Shown piece by piece: positions 57,479-64,000 of a stretch of 64,000 nucleotides of DNA. The stretch's first letter is position 1; the number at the start of each line of letters is the position of its first letter. Location: contig CAXBMX010000019.1 in the NCBI GenBank assembly GCA_963977055.1, forward strand, positions 28,504 through 92,503, read 5' to 3'. Made by a program: the position numbers and the translations under genes. The stretch is from an uncultured Verrucomicrobiales bacterium. GTDB taxonomy: Bacteria > Verrucomicrobiota > Verrucomicrobiia > Verrucomicrobiales > DEV007. The notes under the pieces were generated by a model, which saw nothing but the letters and a program-made list of their open reading frames with translations, did no database searches and was not told the origin of the DNA.

Positions 57479-60400
57479 TTGCCACTTTTGCTTGTAGCAT
57501 CCTGCGGTTTGAAGAATTTGACGGAAATCGAAGCGCTGGAAACAGCAGCCATCCAATTTCAGCGAAGCCGTAAGCTCGTTTCGGCGTTCAAGTCGATCCG
57601 TCTCGCCACCCCGGAGCAACCTTCAGTCTTCGAACACGTTTCAGAAGCGGGCCAACCTCTCTACGTCGCATCGACCGCAGCCGCCTGGCGTGAGGCTGGA
57701 AATGTCGACTCAACCATCTGGGTGCTCAGTCCCAACGTTAAGGCACAGGAGATCATTCAAACAGAGCTCGCGGCCTGGGGAGCGGACCCTTTATTTCTGC
57801 CGGAATATGAATGGGCCGGATTCGAAGAAAGTCTGCCCGACCCTGAGTCCGCGGCAGAACGCCTCGCTGTGCTCAAGGAGATACACGAAGAGATTCAGAG
57901 CGATAGCAGTCCCATGATTGTCCTGACGGCAGAAGCGCTTGAAGAAGTCGCGCCGCCACCCGGATCATTAACGAAGCAAGCAGAGCTGATTCAGGTCGGC
58001 AAAGAGCTGGATCTCAAATCATTCGCAACGGCACTCGAAGAGGCCGGTTACGAGCAAGAGGCTCAAATCTATCAACGCGGGCAATTCAGTTTACGTGGCG
58101 GCATCATCGACATCTTTTCGTGGCACGCCCTTCAGCCGGTCCGAATCGAGTTGTTTGACCAAGACATTGAATCGATACGGGAATTTGACGTCGATGCACA
58201 AACCTCAATTCGAAAAATCGAATCCTGCGAGATTCTACTAAGTGAATCGAATCTCGAACACACCGGTAAAATCTCCGACTACATCGGAGCCAACGATCTG
58301 ATCATTGCGGTCGAGTGCGATGCCGAGCAGGCCCATGTCAGGATCTCCAGTGGAATCCTTTCTACGGCCGAAGGCACTGAGGATTTTGACGGAGCCTGCT
58401 TTGACAATCCGCTTGGCGAATTCAGCGCGGGTGACTTCATTCTCCAAGAATCGAGGCGTGAGGAATTCAGCCGTCAGCTCGACGAATGGCGCCGCGACAA
58501 ATGGACGGTGCTGATGGCATTCCATTCTGATGGAGAAAAAGCGCGATTCACGGAGCTAATTCTCGAGAACGCATGGGCTGACGGCTTTCTCAAACCAATC
58601 ACAGGAACCCTGAGCCGCGGCTTCACTGTTCCAGACGCCAAGCTGGCCGTTTTGAGCGACGCGGAAATTTTTGGGCGCTACCAGAATCAGCGTAGCCGTC
58701 GCCGCTACCGTCTGGCCCGCGAGCGCCAATCCAGCCAGCAGGTCAGCAGCCTTCGCGAATACAACTACGGAGATCTGGTCGTTCACATCGACTACGGGAT
58801 CGGAAAATTCCGAGGCATCAAATCCAAGGAAACGCCAGACGGATCTGAAGAAGTCCTCGAGATCGAATACGACGATCAGGCGCGACTCTACGTTCCTCTG
58901 GATCAGGCCCACCTGGTCTCCCGGTACATCGGCAGCGGGAAGAGGGCACCCAAGCTGTCCCGCCTGGGAGACAAACGATGGGCCCGACTTCGACGCGATG
59001 CAGAGAACTCGATCATGGACTACGCCGCTAGGCTCCTGTCCATTCAGGCCGAGCGCGAGTCGCATCGAGGGTTTTCTCATGCTCCCGACAACAAGTGGCA
59101 GTGGGAATTCGAAAATGCTTTTATCTACAAGGAAACTCCCGACCAGCTCCGCTCCATCGAGGAAGCGAAAGCCGACATGGAAAGCCCCAAGCCCATGGAT
59201 CGCCTTGTCTGTGGCGATGTCGGCTTTGGAAAAACCGAAGTCGCGATCCGGGCTGCTTTTAAAGCAGTGATGTCCGGTAAACAGGTCGCGATCCTTGTGC
59301 CAACGACGGTACTGGCAGAGCAACACTACCGGAATTTTCAGGAACGAATGTCCGACTTCCCGGTAAAGATTGAAACCCTTAGCCGATACCGCACAACCGC
59401 ACAGTTGCGGCAGACTCTGGTGAATCTCTCCACAGGAAGCGTCGACATCGTCATCGGAACGCATCGAATCATTTCGAAAGATGTCCACTTCAAGAATCTT
59501 GGACTTGTCGTAGTCGACGAGGAGCAGCGATTCGGTGTCGCTCACAAGGAACGCTTCAAGGAAATGTGGCGCTTCGTCGACGTGCTAACTCTTTCCGCGA
59601 CCCCGATCCCGCGAACGCTCTACCTCTCAATGATGGGCGTCCGCGAAATGTCTGTCATCGACACACCTCCGCCGAATCGTCGACCTGTCGCCACGACAAT
59701 ATGCCCCTACGACGAGCGCATCATTCGTTCTGCCGTAGAAAAGGAAATAGGCCGTCAAGGACAGGTCTTCTTTCTTCACAACCGGGTCAAAACCATCCGG
59801 GGCATGAAACGTCGCATCGAAGACTTGGTTCCGGGTGCTCGGGTCGAGGTTGGCCACGGACAAATGGGGGACGAAGAACTGGAAGACGTGATGAGCCGCT
59901 TCATCAAACACGAATTCGACGTGCTCGTCTGCACCACCATTATCGAAAGTGGCGTCGACATTCCCAATGCGAACACCATTATCATCGATCGTGCAGACCG
60001 GTTTGGTTTAGCCGATCTTTATCAAATCAGGGGCCGGGTTGGTCGCGCCGACCGCCGCGCATATGCCTACCTCATGCTACCCCCTGACATGCTCACCGTC
60101 GGTGATGCCAGAAAGAGGATCAACGCGATCAAACAATACTCCTCTCTCGGCGCCGGATTCAAAATCGCGATGCGAGACCTTGAAATTCGAGGGGCCGGGA
60201 ATCTTCTAGGCACCCAACAAAGCGGACACATTGCCGCAATCGGATTCGATCTTTACTGCCAACTTTTGAAACAGTCAGTTTCCAAGCTCAAGGGAGAGCC
60301 CTCCGCGGATCGAATCGATCTTTCCCTCAATATCGATTTTATCTGTACCAACGAAGCACAATTTCATCAAGGACCAGACGGAAGCCTCCCGGCATATATT

Positions 60401-60733
60401 CCGGCTAATTACATGGTAGAAGCTCGCCTTCGCATCACTGCCTACAGAGAATTAGCAGAAGCTTCTCAGGTCGAAGACTTGGAAACCCTCAAGCAAACGT
60501 GGTCAGATCGCTTCGGCAGGATACCCGTACCAGTCGAGACTCTTCTCATATGCACTGAATTGAAAATTCGCGCGGGACGCAAAGGGTGCAGCTCACTTGA
60601 GGTCAAAGATAGTAAGCTGAAACTGATGAAAAACGGAAAATACGTTCAAATAAACGGTAAGTTCCCTCGTTTAATCGGAGACAACGAGGAAGAATGGCTT
60701 GAGTCTGCACTGGACTGGGTCCTAGATTTATAA
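57479..60733 (+). CDS. mfd: Transcription-repair coupling factor
   Basis: UvrB-like RGGIIDIF, CarD/RID GDLVVHIDYGIGKF, GDVGFGKTEVA, VVDEEQRFGV, SATPIPRTL, QIRGRVGR, DLEIRGAGNLLG. Exact start uncertain. Confidence 0.96.
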   Translation: MPLLLVASCGLKNLTEIEALETAAIQFQRSRKLVSAFKSIRLATPEQPSVFEHVSEAGQPLYVASTAAAWREAGNVDSTIWVLSPNVKAQEIIQTELAAWGADPLFLPEYEWAGFEESLPDPESAAERLAVLKEIHEEIQSDSSPMIVLTAEALEEVAPPPGSLTKQAELIQVGKELDLKSFATALEEAGYEQEAQIYQRGQFSLRGGIIDIFSWHALQPVRIELFDQDIESIREFDVDAQTSIRKIESCEILLSESNLEHTGKISDYIGANDLIIAVECDAEQAHVRISSGILSTAEGTEDFDGACFDNPLGEFSAGDFILQESRREEFSRQLDEWRRDKWTVLMAFHSDGEKARFTELILENAWADGFLKPITGTLSRGFTVPDAKLAVLSDAEIFGRYQNQRSRRRYRLARERQSSQQVSSLREYNYGDLVVHIDYGIGKFRGIKSKETPDGSEEVLEIEYDDQARLYVPLDQAHLVSRYIGSGKRAPKLSRLGDKRWARLRRDAENSIMDYAARLLSIQAERESHRGFSHAPDNKWQWEFENAFIYKETPDQLRSIEEAKADMESPKPMDRLVCGDVGFGKTEVAIRAAFKAVMSGKQVAILVPTTVLAEQHYRNFQERMSDFPVKIETLSRYRTTAQLRQTLVNLSTGSVDIVIGTHRIISKDVHFKNLGLVVVDEEQRFGVAHKERFKEMWRFVDVLTLSATPIPRTLYLSMMGVREMSVIDTPPPNRRPVATTICPYDERIIRSAVEKEIGRQGQVFFLHNRVKTIRGMKRRIEDLVPGARVEVGHGQMGDEELEDVMSRFIKHEFDVLVCTTIIESGVDIPNANTIIIDRADRFGLADLYQIRGRVGRADRRAYAYLMLPPDMLTVGDARKRINAIKQYSSLGAGFKIAMRDLEIRGAGNLLGTQQSGHIAAIGFDLYCQLLKQSVSKLKGEPSADRIDLSLNIDFICTNEAQFHQGPDGSLPAYIPANYMVEARLRITAYRELAEASQVEDLETLKQTWSDRFGRIPVPVETLLICTELKIRAGRKGCSSLEVKDSKLKLMKNGKYVQINGKFPRLIGDNEEEWLESALDWVLDL

Positions 60734-60769
60734 GTTCGAAGTTCGTCGAACAACACCACCGTAGCATTC

Positions 60770-61771
60770 ATGAGTAATCCAAGCCTTAAGCAGATCTATT
60801 CTATTGCCTTCCTTGTGATCGCATGCGCAGGAATCATCCCCGCCTCGGCCAAGCCTATTGTCTTAAATAGCATCAGGGCAGCGGTCAATGGGGAGCCCAT
60901 CACCCAGTCAATGCTGGATGCGGCAGTGCAAACTCAATTCCAAGTCTGGCTGTTAAGCAATAAAGGGATGGTGAGCAAATCTCAGGCGGAAAAAGAAATC
61001 CGCGAAATGGAAACTCGGGCACTCGACGATTTGATCGACCGAACACTGATCCTCACCGAATTCGAGCGTCTCGGAGGAAACATTAAGGACCAATACATCG
61101 ATGAATCCGTCGCGCGCTTCACTAAAGAACGATTTGGTGGTGACCGAGACAAATTCCTAGCTGAGCTGCAAGAATCAGGGATGACCATTGCACAATTCAG
61201 GGAAGTCCAGCGCGATCAGATTGCGATACAGGCCCTGCGCACCCAAAACTCGGGGGACAATTCAGTCCCAAACACCCCTTGGGAAAAGAAAGACAAATAC
61301 GACGAAATCAAAGGCGAATTTGCCTCCGAGGGAAAGGTGAAGTTAAGAATCATGTCGATCCCCAAGCAAACGCCCGAGTCGAGTATGGATAAGCAGGCAG
61401 CCCTATTAAAAGAAATCGCAAAAAAACTCAACGATGGTTCTGATTTTTCCGCTCTTGCCAAACAATACTCCGCCGACAGTTTTGCCGCCAAGGGTGGTTA
61501 CGTGGGAATCATTGGACGCGGAACGCTCAACGAAGGACTTACCCGCGCCGCTTACGCCATCCCCACAGGACAATTCAGCTCACCTCTCGACGATGGTCCT
61601 TTCTGGCGAATCCTTAAAGTCGAAGAACGCGTTGGGCAATCGGCACCTTCTTTCGATAAAATGGAGGACGAAGCCGATAAGAGGCTCAGCATCGATAAGC
61701 GCCAGAAGGCACTCGAGACTTGGTTGCTGAAACTAAGACGGGACGCCAACGTGCGAATTTACGAGAACTAA
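60770..61771 (+). CDS. surA: SurA-like peptidyl-prolyl isomerase/chaperone
   Basis: Signal peptide, AAVNGEPIT, SurA N-domain helices, parvulin DFSALAKQYSAD...KGGYVG. Confidence 0.8.
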   Translation: MSNPSLKQIYSIAFLVIACAGIIPASAKPIVLNSIRAAVNGEPITQSMLDAAVQTQFQVWLLSNKGMVSKSQAEKEIREMETRALDDLIDRTLILTEFERLGGNIKDQYIDESVARFTKERFGGDRDKFLAELQESGMTIAQFREVQRDQIAIQALRTQNSGDNSVPNTPWEKKDKYDEIKGEFASEGKVKLRIMSIPKQTPESSMDKQAALLKEIAKKLNDGSDFSALAKQYSADSFAAKGGYVGIIGRGTLNEGLTRAAYAIPTGQFSSPLDDGPFWRILKVEERVGQSAPSFDKMEDEADKRLSIDKRQKALETWLLKLRRDANVRIYEN

Positions 61772-61863
61772 CCTCGACGACCCGATCCAGAGTGCCGGCA
61801 ACTACCTCTCGGATCACTCCGAATCTAACGTGCCTCGCAGGTATTTCGGTGTAACATTCCAAC

Positions 61864-62388
61864 GTGCGTGTTCTTTCCATAGATCCCGCGCTTCGAAACA
61901 CCGGCTATGCCGTGATCGAGCGCACTGTAGTAGCGGGACGTAAGCCAAATTACCAGGCTCTCGTCTACGGAGTGATTGCGAATCAGCGAAAATTACGCCA
62001 GTCAGGCTGTCTTGTTGCGATTCGCGAACAACTGCGTGAAATCATCGACAAACATCAGCCAGAGGTGTGCGCCGTTGAGGGAGTGATTTTTGTCCAAAGC
62101 TACAAAACAGCAATCACCATGGGTGCCGCCCGTGGAGCCGCCATCCTGGCCGCAGCTGAGTATGGTATGGAGGTTTACGAATACGCCCCTAAACGAGTAA
62201 AACAGGCCATTGTTGGAAAGGGCAGCGCCGACAAACAGCAGGTCGCATTCATGGTACGAGCCCTGTTAGGACTGACCGAAACCCCCGACCACGATGCCGC
62301 CGATGCTCTCGCCATCGGAATGGCCCACCTTTACGATCAGGATCCCACCCGTATCTCAGCGATCAGTGACAAGCCGACTGCTATTTGA
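61864..62388 (+). CDS. ruvC: Holliday junction resolvase RuvC
   Basis: VLSIDPALRNTGYAVI, CAVEGVIF, EYAPKRVKQAIVGKGSADKQQV, DAADALAIG. Confidence 0.95.
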   Translation: MRVLSIDPALRNTGYAVIERTVVAGRKPNYQALVYGVIANQRKLRQSGCLVAIREQLREIIDKHQPEVCAVEGVIFVQSYKTAITMGAARGAAILAAAEYGMEVYEYAPKRVKQAIVGKGSADKQQVAFMVRALLGLTETPDHDAADALAIGMAHLYDQDPTRISAISDKPTAI

Positions 62389-62403
62389 ATCCCAGAGCTA
62401 GGC

Positions 62404-63867
62404 ATGAAGGTGGACCACATTCGAAAAATCCTCATTGTTCAGTCAGTCGAAGAGACTGACGAACATGATAGTGCTATTTCGGGTCCCGACCGAGCCGACG
62501 CCGCAGCGATCGCCGGGGCACCAATCCCTAAGAACTGCAGCCCTTCGGATGAAAATGCTTTCCTTGCTAAGAGAGCGGATATTCTATTTCTCAAAATCAC
62601 TTCGCGATTCTCGGAAAACAACTCTTGGCTTCATTCCTCCCCTTCGCCACACCGCCTCGCTTTCATCACCTTTGCGGTATTCGCCATTGCAGCCATCTGC
62701 GGGTTTCTTACCAATGAGCTAGGCCCTGACAAACGAATCAATATTCTTTCCTTTCCTCTTCTCGGCATCCTGGGGTGGAGCCTGATCGTCTATATCAGGG
62801 AAATAATCCTGTTTTTCCAAAAACGCGACCAACTGTTTCGCGACGGATGGCTCGCGGCACTGATTCATTTTGCAATCCACCCGACACGCCGACAGATCAG
62901 CTCGGACAACAGTCCGCCCGATTCTCTTTCTTCCGCCAATACTCTGTTCCAGCATCGGTGGTTCGAACTGATGACACCAGTTCATGGCTCACGATTAAAA
63001 TCCGTCCTCCACTTTGCCGCTCTCATCCTCGCGGCATCCGCTATTCTTGGCATGTACTTCAACGGACTGGCCAATGAATATCGCGCCGTCTGGGAAAGCA
63101 CTTTTTTCAGCGATGCCGGTCAGCTGCGCCCCTTCCTTAAATTTGTCCTCGGACCCGCTGCGGCAATGACCGGCGACGCAATTCCAACGATAAGTGAGCT
63201 TGCCTCAATGCGATGGACCGTCGGGCAATCCGATTCACCGGGCGAAAATGCAGCGCGCTGGATTCATTGGTATGCCGTCACTATTGGACTGTTTGTGATT
63301 CTGCCTCGCGGAGTCCTCGGGGTGATTTGGAAATTAAAAAGCCTTCAGCTTTCCAGGACCCTGCCATATCGAGAAACCTCGCCACACTATTACGAACACC
63401 TCCTGGCTATTTCATCAGGTACGGCTAAACCCGTCTTCATCATCCCTTACATCCTCGACCCTTCGAATGAACTTCGTGAACTCACCAATTCTCTAGAGCA
63501 CCACTTTCAGTGTCCCGTCGAGATCGATTGCCTAGACACCATTCCTTTTGGAAAAGAAGATCTCGAGCCGAATGTGACTGTGGCGGAAAATAATTCTGTC
63601 ATTCCCTTGTTCAATTTTGCTTCCACCCCAGAACAAGAAACTCATCTAGCCCTGTATCAAACCCTGTTGGATGCCTCACCAAACCCTGTTAAATTCATCC
63701 TGCTGGACCCGACCTCCTTTGACAAAAAAGCAGCCGGGTTTGCTGATTCTGAAAAACAACGCGCAGACCGGCTTGAAGCATGGCAACGCTTGTTTTCTGA
63801 CACCGATGTTGAATTCATTCTGACACCGGTTTCCTCATCGACACCAAACAACCCAGGCCTTTCCTGA
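62404..63867 (+). CDS. DUF2868-like membrane protein
   Basis: TM segments, INILSF, LANEYRAVWESTF, WIHWYAVTIGLFVILPR; sits next to a DUF3482-like GTPase gene. Confidence 0.7.
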   Translation: MKVDHIRKILIVQSVEETDEHDSAISGPDRADAAAIAGAPIPKNCSPSDENAFLAKRADILFLKITSRFSENNSWLHSSPSPHRLAFITFAVFAIAAICGFLTNELGPDKRINILSFPLLGILGWSLIVYIREIILFFQKRDQLFRDGWLAALIHFAIHPTRRQISSDNSPPDSLSSANTLFQHRWFELMTPVHGSRLKSVLHFAALILAASAILGMYFNGLANEYRAVWESTFFSDAGQLRPFLKFVLGPAAAMTGDAIPTISELASMRWTVGQSDSPGENAARWIHWYAVTIGLFVILPRGVLGVIWKLKSLQLSRTLPYRETSPHYYEHLLAISSGTAKPVFIIPYILDPSNELRELTNSLEHHFQCPVEIDCLDTIPFGKEDLEPNVTVAENNSVIPLFNFASTPEQETHLALYQTLLDASPNPVKFILLDPTSFDKKAAGFADSEKQRADRLEAWQRLFSDTDVEFILTPVSSSTPNNPGLS

Positions 63868-63874
63868 TTCATCA

Positions 63875-64000
63875 ATGCCATCTTCAAATCAAGGAATCGT
63901 ACTAAGCCTCATTTCACATACCAATGTGGGAAAGACGGCCCTGGCGCGCACCCTGTTGCGGCGCGACGTGGGGGAAGTGGCAGACAGCGCCCATGTCACT
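63875..64000 (+). CDS. 5' end of a P-loop GTPase (DUF3482-associated type), truncated by the window edge
   Basis: MPSSNQGIVLSLISHTNVGKTALARTLLRRDVGEVADSAHVT; variant P-loop SHTNVGKT and switch-I-like HVT. Confidence 0.75.
   Translation, partial: MPSSNQGIVLSLISHTNVGKTALARTLLRRDVGEVADSAHVT

Noticed and set aside
58556-59545. 329-aa ORF antisense to mfd, and other long shadow ORFs (e.g. 50845-51480)
   Set aside because: Typical antisense shadows of conserved genes, with no independent motifs.
1-64000. CRISPR arrays, prophage genes, rRNA, PEP-CTERM substrate genes
   Set aside because: None detected by reading; no regularly spaced repeats and no protein ending in PEP-TM-basic.

Overview
Bacterial window, by inference Verrucomicrobiales-like (secreted sulfatase with Lys-rich tail, exosortase/EpsI pair, mfd-surA-ruvC flank). 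1-8.6 kb is an eroded accessory zone: a secreted sulfatase, a degenerate IS3-family element (1961-3150), two acyltransferase-3 genes, a frameshifted outer-membrane barrel pseudogene and a TIM-barrel enzyme. 8.6-9.2 kb is an intergenic region holding a candidate minus-strand structured RNA with its own sigma70-like promoter and, on the plus strand, a JUMPStart-like hairpin plus a perfect ops element (GGCGGTAGCGTG). 9.2-35.7 kb is one co-directional glycan biosynthesis run: DUF218, uxs, ugd, wzm/wzt, nine glycosyltransferases, wecB, three SAM methyltransferases, a sulfotransferase, an AsnB-type amidotransferase, two hexapeptide acetyltransferases and two tandem paralogous Wzy-like membrane proteins. 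It is followed by EpsI-like, TPR and exosortase genes (36.1-39.7 kb). These converge on a minus-strand wecA / beta-barrel / small secreted protein / wza / wzc / O-antigen-ligase-like run (39.8-47.7 kb). 48.1-54.2 kb is a LacI-associated catabolic locus (PHP-like hydrolase, Gfo/Idh/MocA, MFS, and an SDR with YxxxC instead of YxxxK). 54.2-56.9 kb is a methyltransferase / FAD oxidoreductase / type III PKS trio ending near tRNA-Tyr(GTA). The right end holds core-like genes: a zinc-ribbon protein, mfd, a SurA-like PPIase, ruvC, DUF2868-like and the start of a DUF3482-like GTPase. No CRISPR array, rRNA, integrase or phage gene was seen. All family calls come from motif recognition by eye; no database searches were run.
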